Shown: positions 17,120-25,708, numbered from the stretch's first letter. The stretch: 42,847 nucleotides of DNA from Candidatus Niyogibacteria bacterium RIFCSPLOWO2_12_FULL_41_13 (GCA_001821615.1 MHMS01000022.1:1-42847), one strand, 5' to 3'. Translations and numbers: made by a program. Notes: a model not told the origin generated them from the letters alone.

Positions 17120-19091
17120 AAAGATTAGCCATACTTTGATTGCCTATGTTTTCAAAAGCATTGGCCGCTGTTTTGATATCGTTAACCGTAACTCCAGCTG
17201 ATTTCCCGATGACGTCAAGGTTCCTTCGGAATCTCGTAAGCGCCTCTCCTCCTTCCTCGGCAACATCAGCTATTGTGCTTGGCCTCATATTCTTAAAAGA
17301 CTTTAGTAATGCCGGAGATTTTGGTTCAGCCCATTGGTATCCCATACGTTCAATAACGCCGGCTGACCTGCCTGCTGATTTCATCTTTTCAATAGATTGC
17401 TCGATATATTTAGAACTCAAGCCAGTCATATCTTTTCTTGAAGCTAAAACTTCCTCAATTGCTATTCTTTCTTCAGGAGTAGTAAGACGTCGTTCGTGTA
17501 TTTTCTTCAGGTCGTAATTGCCGTATTGGTTAAATATTTTACTGCGCTCTTCAATACCTTTCTGAATGCCGCCTCTTATTTCCGCCATTTGACCAGGCGC
17601 CGCCCAACCCAATGTTCTTTCAAGTATTCCGCCTTTATCAATTGCCTTACCCGTTTTTTCATCGAGTTTAAACTTGCCCTTCTCGTCAAGCTCCGCCGGC
17701 CTTGTTATTCTGCCCTTAAGCGCGCCCCATCCTCTTTCTACTCCGTATTGCGGCCAATAACTCGCGCCTTGCCACGCTTTGCCGCCCGCCCACTTGCCCG
17801 CAATCCCCACCTTGCTGTTCATATAGCCCTGGGCTTGGCTCGCGTAAGAATAAATCGCTCCGGTTCCTTTTTCAGCAAGAGATCTCGCGAAAACAAGCGC
17901 GGCGTTAAAAACTATTATTAACAAAATGTATCTTGCAACGAATGTAATCAATCCTTCTTGGGTATTTATCATTGAAATATCCAGAGGGTTGTTCGCAGTA
18001 GGGAAAACATTGTTTATATTTAGCGATAAATGAACCGCAAGACTCAACATAAAAATAAGCACTGGCAAAAATATTGATTGCCTTATAAGAATCATCATCC
18101 ATTCTTTGCCATATCCTTCGGTTGCCGGCAAAGCCCACAAAAATAAAGCTGCCGGAGCAAGAATCATCGCAAGCCAAAGAGTGACTATTCTTAAAAAAAG
18201 CATTATCGCCGCTACTAAAAATGTAATGGCGGCGGTTATAAATACGAAAATCCCTAAAATTGTACCAATGCTGATGCTTGCGGCCGTTGCTATGAAACTT
18301 GCGTTTTGGTCAAGTTTTGCGTCGCGAATTTTCTGAGCAGAAAGTCCTTCCATCATCATGCTGGAAATAGAAACTTTCCTAAGATTTGCATTTACTAATT
18401 TCTCCTCTAGTGTAAGAGTTCTACCAAAAACACTATTGCCAACCCGACCCTCTCTTACCAATCGCGTCTGAAGTTTCTCAATTCTTGTTGTATAAATATA
18501 ATCAGCAAGACTATTTGAAAATTCTATGACATAACGCGAAAACAAAAGAGAAAAATTAATAAGCAAAATTATTATTATCAGGGTGGGCAGGGCTTTTTTA
18601 ACGCCGTAACTTTCCTGGCCAATAATTGTTCCGATGGCGATTATTAAGAGAATGAAAATAAACAATAAATTTACAGTGTCTCTGACATAAGTCCAGCCAG
18701 AATAAACAAATCCGCCAAAATTAATCGGGTCAAAAGTGGTTGGTTCTAAATTAAAATCAAGCACCCAATCAAATACTAGTCCAGCAAGTGCAACCAACCA
18801 ACTCGCAAGCCAGAGAAAAAAAGACAAAAAGTGCGCAAGACCCCAATTAATCCAGTCGCCAACCTCTCCGAGCGCAGCACTTACAACCTTTCCCGGAACT
18901 CCTGCAACCCAATTCCATATTTCCTTAACATTATCCCAAACCCACGACCCAGAATCGTTTTGGGGTGGCGGAGGTTGATTTTGGGGTGGACCTTGGGCAA
19001 AAACGCTAAACGGAAACAAATTGAACAACAAAACAAAAATTAACAAACCGATAATTATCTTTCCGGAAAAAATTTTAGATTTTAAATTCAT
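17073..19091 (-). CDS. TrbL/VirB6-like polytopic T4SS membrane protein
   Basis: 672 aa with a signal/TM segment, a Pro/Gln-rich stretch, at least 6 TM helices and a soluble C-terminal domain. It neighbours the VirB4/PrgI-like genes. The C-terminus is affected by the 44-bp duplication. Confidence 0.65.
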   Translation of the reverse strand: MNLKSKIFSGKIIIGLLIFVLLFNLFPFSVFAQGPPQNQPPPPQNDSGSWVWDNVKEIWNWVAGVPGKVVSAALGEVGDWINWGLAHFLSFFLWLASWLVALAGLVFDWVLDFNLEPTTFDPINFGGFVYSGWTYVRDTVNLLFIFILLIIAIGTIIGQESYGVKKALPTLIIIILLINFSLLFSRYVIEFSNSLADYIYTTRIEKLQTRLVREGRVGNSVFGRTLTLEEKLVNANLRKVSISSMMMEGLSAQKIRDAKLDQNASFIATAASISIGTILGIFVFITAAITFLVAAIMLFLRIVTLWLAMILAPAALFLWALPATEGYGKEWMMILIRQSIFLPVLIFMLSLAVHLSLNINNVFPTANNPLDISMINTQEGLITFVARYILLIIVFNAALVFARSLAEKGTGAIYSYASQAQGYMNSKVGIAGKWAGGKAWQGASYWPQYGVERGWGALKGRITRPAELDEKGKFKLDEKTGKAIDKGGILERTLGWAAPGQMAEIRGGIQKGIEERSKIFNQYGNYDLKKIHERRLTTPEERIAIEEVLASRKDMTGLSSKYIEQSIEKMKSAGRSAGVIERMGYQWAEPKSPALLKSFKNMRPSTIADVAEEGGEALTRFRRNLDVIGKSAGVTVNDIKTAANAFENIGNQSMANLLKTKRGEELYGSYFS

Positions 19092-19097
19092 ATTTCC

Positions 19098-21206
19098 CTA
19101 ATAATTGGGAGAAACATAAAATGTTTGCCTGGCGCAATTATTTTGCTCATTTGATTCGTTTAGCGCTCCTCCCGCGTCGGCGCATATTTCAAAAGCGTTT
19201 AATCCGGGGAACGACGCTTGCCATTTAGGCCAAATTGATACTTTTGTTTCGCCCGGAACGAGTTCGGAAACAGATTGGTCGGGCGATACGATAACATCAA
19301 AGCTCCCGTTATTGCCGGTGTCTATTTTTAATCTTGCCTGGGAAGGGGCGGAGACGGCTTCTCCCTGATTTTTAATCGCGCCGCTAAAAGTTATGTAGTC
19401 GCCCAAGCCGGAATACAAAGGAGAAAAATTGACGGAGGAAACAATTAAGTCGGGTTTCTTTATCACCTTAAAAATCTTGGACGCGCAATTATTGTTTTCG
19501 TTTTCTTCGTTTATCGCATTGTCGGCATCGGCGCAGATTTCAAATTTATGAACGCCTAAACTCGCGGTCCAAACATTTTGCCAGGTCTCGGTTTCCGCTC
19601 CGCCTGAAGTCAATAAACCAGTGTCGGCGATAAAAGTCGTGTCCCAGTTTCCGTTGTTATTAATATCAATTTTAAGTATTGTTTTTGACGCTTCGGAAAC
19701 TTCTCCCGTATTTTTGACCGTTCCGCGAAATGTCATTAGTTCGCCCACGCCCGGAATCGGAGGCGAAAAATCGGCCGATTCAACGGTTAAATCCGGCCGC
19801 AAGCCGGCAAGCTCGGGCGCTTGAAAAAACATATCGGCGCAATTATTGCTCTCGTCCGATTCATTGATTGAATTTTGAGCGTCGGCGCAAATTCTAAACT
19901 TATGATTTCCGGGAACCGCGGTCCAAACATTTTGCCAACTTACCGATTTTGTTTCTCCGGATTGCATAGAACCGACATCGGCAAAAGCGGAAACATCCCA
20001 TGTTCCGTTGTTTCCGGCGTCAATCTTTAATTCCGCTTTGCTCGCCTCGGCCGCAACCGCTCCAAAATTTCCAATATCTCCGTTAAAACTCATAATCTGG
20101 CCTGATTGCGGATTTAGCGGCGAATAGGAGAGAGTTTTAAAAACAGAAATGTCGGGTAGCGAAGTTTGCGTAAACGCGCCCCATGCCGGAGACGGACCGG
20201 ACTGCCATCCGCCAACTCCTTGATTGCCGGTTAAAATTTCAGTTATCAATCTGCTGACAACTGCCGCTATTACTTTATTCAAATCATCGGCGAGCTCCAA
20301 GGAACGGACGCCTGAACCAAGTTGGGTTGAGAGTTGTTCTTCTATTATGCTCCCCGGCGTGGCGATTTTCCCGTCTTTTGTTTTAAACGAAAGAAAACCG
20401 CGGCCGAAAGAAAGTTCGGATTGACTAATGCCAACAGCGGTTGCCTGTCTTCTCATTAGCTCGCTTTGAGCCATAAGATAAGAGCCATAGATATTATTCT
20501 GGGGTTTGGCAAGCTCATTCCAAGCGTCCCATCCGCCCAATAAAAATCCGCCATTCATAAAACCGGTAGTATTATTCACAATATCGCTTAGGGTACAGCG
20601 CGCTCTCTGAAAATAAGGAAAATTCAAACCGCTCTGAAGCGCGTTGTATAGCGGCAATCTAAACGGCGTACACAACAAATTAAAAATCTTCGGGTCCAAA
20701 ACCTGTTCTAAAAAATTGCCGGCGGCGCTGTCGGCTATGCTGGTCATATATCCCCCGATATCATTGACAAACAAAGAGCCGCTTCCTCCGCCGGGATACG
20801 AACCGCCGGTTTGAATCCAATTAACCATTGTCGCCGTTAATGTTCCGATCATCATTTTCATTAACTGATTGGCAAGCTGGTCCCAACTGCCCATCGGCAC
20901 AAACGGAACCGGTCCGACGCTTTTTTGATGCGAACTGGCGATATACTGTCCTGATAAAGTTTCCGTTCCAAGCAAACTGGTTTGAAGTCCAGTTTGCATT
21001 GTGTTTTGCACCGCGTTCTTCGCGGAAGTCGCCTGGATTGCCATCGTGGTTGAAAGAAGAGGCCCTGGTATTTCCTGTACCGGTATCGCTTCGGCTTTTT
21101 TAGGAAAACTTAAAAAACCAAAAGGAAAAATCAAAGCAAATATTAAAATAGCGACGGTAAAATTTTTATATAAATCAGTTTTGGATTTTGAATTGTAATT
21201 TTGCAT
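19098..21206 (-). CDS. Large surface protein: unknown N-terminal domain plus three CARDB-like repeats
   Basis: N-terminal TM/signal segment. There are three ~115-aa repeats, each ending in a Cys pair (ICADAQNSINESDESNNCA, ICADADNAINEENENNNCA, ICADAGGALNESNEQNNCA). Confidence 0.7.
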   Translation of the reverse strand: MQNYNSKSKTDLYKNFTVAILIFALIFPFGFLSFPKKAEAIPVQEIPGPLLSTTMAIQATSAKNAVQNTMQTGLQTSLLGTETLSGQYIASSHQKSVGPVPFVPMGSWDQLANQLMKMMIGTLTATMVNWIQTGGSYPGGGSGSLFVNDIGGYMTSIADSAAGNFLEQVLDPKIFNLLCTPFRLPLYNALQSGLNFPYFQRARCTLSDIVNNTTGFMNGGFLLGGWDAWNELAKPQNNIYGSYLMAQSELMRRQATAVGISQSELSFGRGFLSFKTKDGKIATPGSIIEEQLSTQLGSGVRSLELADDLNKVIAAVVSRLITEILTGNQGVGGWQSGPSPAWGAFTQTSLPDISVFKTLSYSPLNPQSGQIMSFNGDIGNFGAVAAEASKAELKIDAGNNGTWDVSAFADVGSMQSGETKSVSWQNVWTAVPGNHKFRICADAQNSINESDESNNCADMFFQAPELAGLRPDLTVESADFSPPIPGVGELMTFRGTVKNTGEVSEASKTILKIDINNNGNWDTTFIADTGLLTSGGAETETWQNVWTASLGVHKFEICADADNAINEENENNNCASKIFKVIKKPDLIVSSVNFSPLYSGLGDYITFSGAIKNQGEAVSAPSQARLKIDTGNNGSFDVIVSPDQSVSELVPGETKVSIWPKWQASFPGLNAFEICADAGGALNESNEQNNCARQTFYVSPNY

Positions 21207-21217
21207 TTTGAATTTTG
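21183..21217. repeat. Heptamer array (5 units) spanning the start codon of the CARDB protein gene
   Basis: Reads ggatttt gaattgt aattttg cattttg aattttg. Confidence 0.85.
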
Positions 21218-21221
21218 CTTG

Positions 21222-21247
21222 CCCACCGAAGCTTTAGCGAAGGTGGG
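21222..21247. other. G+C-rich hairpin CCCACC-(GAAGCTTTAGCGAA)-GGTGGG
   Basis: 6-bp GC stem. Its 14-nt loop is closely similar to the loop of the 30906-30936 hairpin. It lies between two minus-strand genes. Confidence 0.7.
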
Positions 21248-21256
21248 ATTTTTGAA

Positions 21257-22255
21257 TTATTTCACGATAAACGCTCCTCCCTCGTTTTTCCCGAAAACTA
21301 TCCCGTCTTTTACGGCCAGAATCCTGAAATCTTCTTCAAATTTTTTCCATCTGACCGCTTCATCAAGATACCAGTTCATTCCCAAAACCATTTTAAGCTG
21401 GTCCTGAAAAACCAATTTCATCGCCGCTACGCTTTTTTCCAAATTGTTCATTATATTCATAAGAAGCAAATGCAAGCTTATGTAATTTTTATTCTCGGGA
21501 ACAATCAGATTTTGCAAATCGGAAACGGTTTTCTGGTAAGCGCTTATATAGGGAACAAGCTTTTCCAATTCTTCTTCTTTTCCTTTTGCCAAAGATTCGT
21601 TCAAAATCTCAAATTCGTTTCCTTTTATGTTTTTAAAATTATTTTCCAGAATTTCTCCCAATCTGTTGAGGTAAATTTTTTTATTCTCTTTTGTCGGCTC
21701 AATGAATTTATTCAAATCTTTTTCCGAAAATTCGTCTTTCAGGGTTCGCCCTTCGCTTTGACTTAAAATATCTTTCGCAAGATTATCCGGAGAAATCGCC
21801 GGCGTCTCGCCTTTCCCTTTCTGGGAAAAATATTGGACAATCAATTGGCGGGCGAGTTCTTCGGTTAAATTTTTCGGCGAACTGAAAGTCGGCTCCGGCT
21901 CTTTTGGCAAGGATTGGAATTGCGCCAATTTGTCATCCGGCCCGGGTTTCAAAGGGTCCCGACCTTGTTTTAGTTCTTCGCCGTCTTTTACTCCGTCTCC
22001 GTCGGTGTCGGGATTATTCGGGTCGGTTCCCCAAAGCTTTTCTTCCCAGTCTTTAAGGCCGTCGTTGTCGGAATCAAGCTGGGCTTCCGTGATTTGAGTT
22101 AATCCTCCTTTTTGCGAAATAGTCTCTTTTTGCCCTGTTTTTTCGGTGTTATCGCCCGCTTTCGGCTTTTTAAACAACAAAAAAATAACTCCGGCTATCG
22201 CGAGCCCCGCTATCAATATTATTATAAATTTTCTGGACGGAAACCAGTTCGCCAA
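21257..22255 (-). CDS. Membrane-anchored protein with thrombospondin type-3-like calcium-binding repeats
   Basis: TTG start and an N-terminal TM helix. DSDNDGLKDWEE..DPNNPDTDGDGVKDGEE are Asp-rich repeats. The C-terminal domain is helical. Confidence 0.65.
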   Translation of the reverse strand: MANWFPSRKFIIILIAGLAIAGVIFLLFKKPKAGDNTEKTGQKETISQKGGLTQITEAQLDSDNDGLKDWEEKLWGTDPNNPDTDGDGVKDGEELKQGRDPLKPGPDDKLAQFQSLPKEPEPTFSSPKNLTEELARQLIVQYFSQKGKGETPAISPDNLAKDILSQSEGRTLKDEFSEKDLNKFIEPTKENKKIYLNRLGEILENNFKNIKGNEFEILNESLAKGKEEELEKLVPYISAYQKTVSDLQNLIVPENKNYISLHLLLMNIMNNLEKSVAAMKLVFQDQLKMVLGMNWYLDEAVRWKKFEEDFRILAVKDGIVFGKNEGGAFIVK

Positions 22256-22307
22256 TGCCTTATTTTACAACAATCTTTCCATTATTTATATGTGGATAAC
22301 ACAAAAG

Positions 22308-22335
22308 CTCAAAATTCAAAACGCAAAACGCAAAA
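22308..22335. repeat. Heptamer array (ctcaaaa ttcaaaa cgcaaaa cgcaaaa) in a divergent intergenic region
   Basis: Read directly from the sequence. Confidence 0.85.
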
Positions 22336-22411
22336 TTACATAAGAATTTAATTAAAATGTATGGTAAAATAAATTCAACTATAGAGATTCAACCTCCATA
22401 ATTATAAAACC

Positions 22412-23146
22412 ATGAGAAAAATCATAATTGGAAACTGGAAAATGAATCCGAAGACAACCGAAGAAGCAAAAAAGCTGTTTAGGAAGGCCTCGGAAATCAA
22501 AACAAAAAAATCGGAAATTATCATCGCTCCGCCTTTTATTTATTTGCCCTTGCTTAAATCAAGAAAAATAAAACTTGCCGCCCAAGATGTTTTTTACAAA
22601 CAAGAGGACGCTTATACTGGAGAAATTTCGCCGGCAATGCTGAAATCTTTGGGCGTAAATTACGCGCTCGTTGGCCACAGCGAACGGCGAATGGAAATCG
22701 GCGAAGACGACGAATTGATAAATAAAAAAGTTAAAGCCGGCTTAAAAGCCGGACTTAAAATCATCTTGGCGGTCGGCGAAAAACAAAGAGACGGAGAAGA
22801 GTTTTGGAAATTTTTAAAAAATCAAATAAAAAGCGACCTAAGGGGCGTTCAAAAAAAACTTGCCAAAAATTTAATCATTGCTTATGAGCCAGTTTGGGCG
22901 ATTGGAACAAAAAAACCGATTTATCCCGGAGACCTTTTGGAAACCGCGATTTTTATCCGCCGGACATTGCTTGATATTTTTGGCAGAAAAATAGCTTTGA
23001 CGGTGAAAATTCTTTACGGCGGTTCGGTTGAGCCGGAAAACGCAAGAGAATTTTTAGAAACAGAGGGAATTTCGGGTTTGCTGGTCGGCAACGCGAGTTT
23101 GGACGCGGAAAAATTCAAAAAGATTATCAAAGAAACCGATAAATGA
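22412..23146 (+). CDS. tpiA: Triosephosphate isomerase
   Basis: Motifs GNWKMN, VGHSERR, AYEPVWAIGT and YGGSV. Confidence 0.92.
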   Translation: MRKIIIGNWKMNPKTTEEAKKLFRKASEIKTKKSEIIIAPPFIYLPLLKSRKIKLAAQDVFYKQEDAYTGEISPAMLKSLGVNYALVGHSERRMEIGEDDELINKKVKAGLKAGLKIILAVGEKQRDGEEFWKFLKNQIKSDLRGVQKKLAKNLIIAYEPVWAIGTKKPIYPGDLLETAIFIRRTLLDIFGRKIALTVKILYGGSVEPENAREFLETEGISGLLVGNASLDAEKFKKIIKETDK

Positions 23147-24177
23147 TAAACATAAAAAACAAAAAAGTTCTAATGAGGGTTGATTTCAATCTTCCGATTG
23201 TCAGGGGCAAGGTTCAAGACGATTTTCGCGTCAGGAAAGTCTTGCCTTCAATCAAAAAATTGAACAAACAAGGCGGGAAACTTATTTTAATCAGTCATCT
23301 TAACGTTGAAGGCAGGTATCCTTCTTTGGAAAAAGTCGCCGCGTTTATAAGAAAGAGATATTTGAAAAATCTTATTTTTGTCAAAGATTTGACCGGACCG
23401 AAAGCAAAAAACGCCGTTTTGAACCTTGAATCAGGAGGCATGGTTCTGTTGGAAAATTTAAGAAAATACCGCGGAGAAGAAGGAAACGCTCCGTCCTTCG
23501 CGAAAAAACTCGCAAAACTCGCCGACATTTACATAAACGAGGCGTTTTCCGCGAGCCACCGCCCCCACGCTTCTATCGTCGGCGTTCCAAAATATCTTCC
23601 GAGTTGTTTCGGAGAATTATTCAAAAAAGAAATAAAAAATTTAAGCCGGGCGTTCCGTCCGCCTCATCCGTTTTTGCTGATTTTGGGCGGAAAAAAAATC
23701 AAGACAAAACTTCCTTTGATTGAAAAATTTTTAAACAAAGCCGATTTTATCGCAATCGGCGGAAAACTCGTTTCCGAATTTAAAGCGGAAAAAAATCCGC
23801 CTGAAAAAATAATTTTGCCTGTTGACGCGATTGCGAAAAATAATATAATTTACGACTTGGGACAAAAATCAACGGACAAAATTATTGAATTGGCTCAAGG
23901 AAGCAAATTTGTCTTATGGAACGGGCCATTAGGATGGATTGAAGGCGGGTTTGAAAAAGGAACAAAAAAACTGGCCCGCGCCCTTGCCCGTTCCGATAAA
24001 AAAATCATTGTCGGCGGAGGCGACACAGTCGGCTATTTGGACAAACTCGGATTGCTTCCGAGATTTTCTTTTGTTTCAACCGGCGGAGGGGCGATGCTTG
24101 AATTTTTAGCCAAAGAAACTTTGCCGGGGATAGAAGCCATAGTAAAATCAAATATCAAAAATCAAAATGCAAAATGA
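23143..24177 (+). CDS. pgk: Phosphoglycerate kinase (compact 344-aa form)
   Basis: Motifs RVDFNLP, ISHL, NGPLG..E and VGGGDT. It overlaps tpiA by 4 nt. The last codons (KSNIKNQNAK) are encoded by a heptamer array. Confidence 0.88.
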   Translation: MINIKNKKVLMRVDFNLPIVRGKVQDDFRVRKVLPSIKKLNKQGGKLILISHLNVEGRYPSLEKVAAFIRKRYLKNLIFVKDLTGPKAKNAVLNLESGGMVLLENLRKYRGEEGNAPSFAKKLAKLADIYINEAFSASHRPHASIVGVPKYLPSCFGELFKKEIKNLSRAFRPPHPFLLILGGKKIKTKLPLIEKFLNKADFIAIGGKLVSEFKAEKNPPEKIILPVDAIAKNNIIYDLGQKSTDKIIELAQGSKFVLWNGPLGWIEGGFEKGTKKLARALARSDKKIIVGGGDTVGYLDKLGLLPRFSFVSTGGGAMLEFLAKETLPGIEAIVKSNIKNQNAK

Positions 24178-24206
24178 CAAACCAAAAGTCAAAATGCAAA
24201 GCGAAA
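24144..24206. repeat. Heptamer array (9 units) overlapping the pgk 3' end and stop codon
   Basis: Reads aaaatca aatatca aaaatca aaatgca aaatgac aaaccaa aagtcaa aatgcaa agcgaaa. Confidence 0.9.
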
Positions 24207-24246
24207 AATATAAAATAATAAATTAAAAATATTTTAAATTTAATTT

Positions 24247-25080
24247 ATGAAATCAATTGTTGTTTTATATCACAAAGATTGTCTGGACGGATTTAGCGCG
24301 GCTTGGGCCGCCTACAAAAAATTCAACGGAAAAGCGAAATACATCGGTGTTGAACACCGTTCTATTCCGCCAAAATTGGAAAATAAAGAAATTTATTTTG
24401 TTGATTTTTGCTATAAAGAGCCGGAAATGAAAAAACTTCTTGAAAAAAATCAAAAGGTGGTTGTTATTGACCACCACCAAAGCCAAAAATCGCTTATTAA
24501 AAAATTAATTTCCGAGCATTCATACGACTTAAACCATTCCGGAGCGGTTTTAACCTGGAAATATTTTCATCCGGGAAAACCAGTTCCAAAACTTCTCCTT
24601 TATATTGAAGACAACGACCTGTGGAAATTTAAGCTTGGAAAGACCAGGGAAATAATCAGCGTCTTGGCGTTATACGACTTTAATTTTTCGGTCTGGAACA
24701 AACTTGAAAAAGATTTGGAAAACGCGAAAAAAAGGCAAAAATATATTGGCGACGGAAAATTGCTTTTGAAATATCAGGCGAAAATAATCGCGGACATCGC
24801 CAAAAAAGCTTATCGGGTTGTTTTTAAAAAACATCGTTCTCTCGCGGTAAATTCCTCTTCTTCTCTTCTGCATTCGGAACTCGGAAACGCTTTGGTTAAA
24901 AAGGGTTATCCCATCGGCATTGTTTGGTATCAAATAAAAAACAGGATAAAAGTTTCTTTAAGGTCGGACGGAAAAACCGATGTGGCGAAATTAGCCGAGA
25001 AATACGGCGGAGGAGGGCATAAGGCGGCGGCTGGATTTAGTTTTAAGGTCGGCAAAAAATTTCCCTGGAAACAAATATGA
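24247..25080 (+). CDS. DHH/DHHA1-family phosphoesterase (NrnA/RecJ-like)
   Basis: Motifs HKDCLDG, VVVIDHHQS and the DHHA1 motif GGGGHKAAAGF. Confidence 0.75.
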   Translation: MKSIVVLYHKDCLDGFSAAWAAYKKFNGKAKYIGVEHRSIPPKLENKEIYFVDFCYKEPEMKKLLEKNQKVVVIDHHQSQKSLIKKLISEHSYDLNHSGAVLTWKYFHPGKPVPKLLLYIEDNDLWKFKLGKTREIISVLALYDFNFSVWNKLEKDLENAKKRQKYIGDGKLLLKYQAKIIADIAKKAYRVVFKKHRSLAVNSSSSLLHSELGNALVKKGYPIGIVWYQIKNRIKVSLRSDGKTDVAKLAEKYGGGGHKAAAGFSFKVGKKFPWKQI

Positions 25081-25514
25081 CGATAATTATTTACTGCGAC
25101 GGCGGAAGTTTGGGCAATCCCGGACCGGCGGCGATCGGCGCGGTCATCAAAGACAAAAAAGAAAATCTGCTTAAAAAATACGGAAAAGAAATCGGCGTTA
25201 AAACCAACAATCAGGCGGAATACGAAGCGATTATTTTCGGCTTAAAAAAAGCAAAACAGATTTTTGGCGGAGAAAAAATCAAAAAAATGACGATAGAAAT
25301 TCGCTCGGATTCCGAACTTATCATCAATCAGCTAAACGGAAAATTTAAAATCAAAGAAAAAGATTTAATTCCCCTGTTTATTGAAATCTGGAATTTAAAA
25401 ACAGCTTTGGGCAATGTTGTTTTTAAACAAATCCCGAGAGAACAAAGCGAAGAAGCTCACAACGCGCTTTCCGAAGCATTGACGCAAAATAAAAAAAATG
25501 CTTCACTGTTTTAG
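25077..25514 (+). CDS. rnhA: Ribonuclease HI
   Basis: CDGGSLGNPGPAAIG, NNQAEYEA and SDSELII are the catalytic DEDD pattern. It overlaps the upstream gene by 4 nt. Confidence 0.85.
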   Translation: MTIIIYCDGGSLGNPGPAAIGAVIKDKKENLLKKYGKEIGVKTNNQAEYEAIIFGLKKAKQIFGGEKIKKMTIEIRSDSELIINQLNGKFKIKEKDLIPLFIEIWNLKTALGNVVFKQIPREQSEEAHNALSEALTQNKKNASLF

Positions 25515-25537
25515 ATTCTTTTAGATTCTTAGGGAGT

Positions 25538-25621
25538 CCGGGTGTAGCTTAATTAAGAAGTTCGCGCAAAGCGCCGGAAATATTTCGGAAAATGCGGGTT
25601 CAAATCCTGCCGCCCGGACCA
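25538..25621 (+). tRNA. Atypical tRNA-like gene (canonical acceptor and T arm plus CCA; non-canonical D/anticodon region; identity unresolved)
   Basis: Acceptor CCGGGTG/CGCCCGG (one G.U), discriminator A, encoded CCA. T arm GCGGG-TTCAAAT-CCTGC and a 4-nt variable region. The arm at the anticodon position (25573-25589) has loop AAATATT, and there is an extra GCGC-AAA-GCGC hairpin. An intrinsic terminator follows. Confidence 0.45.
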
Positions 25622-25631
25622 AATCTATTTT

Positions 25632-25669
25632 AAGGGCATTTGGGGACATTTTGCCCTTTTATTTTTTTT
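25632..25669 (+). terminator. Intrinsic terminator after the tRNA-like gene
   Basis: AAGGGCA ... TGCCCTT stem followed by TTTTATTTTTTTT. Confidence 0.75.
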
Positions 25670-25672
25670 AAA

Positions 25673-25693
25673 ATTGGAAATTGGAAATTGGAA
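25673..25693. repeat. Perfect heptamer array (ATTGGAA)x3 immediately upstream of a TATAAT box
   Basis: Read directly from the sequence. A fourth, partial unit runs into the -10 element. Confidence 0.9.
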
Positions 25694-25703
25694 ATTGTAT
25701 AAT
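25674..25703 (+). promoter_or_regulatory. Candidate promoter (TTGGAA-18 nt-TATAAT) for a leaderless amidohydrolase mRNA
   Basis: TATAAT lies at 25698-25703, and the ATG at 25709 is 5 nt further on. The -35-like hexamer is supplied by the heptamer array. Confidence 0.45.
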
Positions 25704-25708
25704 GGGAA

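Noticed and set aside
15875-21206. A diversity-generating retroelement (Avd-like four-helix-bundle gene near a repeat-containing surface protein)
   Set aside because: No reverse transcriptase ORF is present in the window, and I found no template/variable repeat pair differing at adenines. The three CARDB-like repeats are old, diverged protein repeats rather than near-identical DNA repeats.
21222-21260. The hairpin at 21222-21247 followed by ATTTTTG as an intrinsic terminator
   Set aside because: The T run is on the plus strand, but both flanking genes are on the minus strand, where the hairpin is followed by CAAGCAAAA. It is therefore not a terminator for any gene here. It is kept only as a conserved-loop hairpin.
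25511-25530. 10-nt tandem duplication TTAGATTCTT x2 overlapping the rnhA stop codon
   Set aside because: It is real but trivial. It has two units, does not change the reading frame before the stop, and has no obvious structure or motif.
25594-25610. Reading GCGGG-TTCAAAT-CCTGC as an anticodon arm (tRNA-Leu CAA)
   Set aside because: No variable arm or T arm follows. The sequence runs into the acceptor 3' strand, CCA and a terminator, so this hairpin is the T arm.
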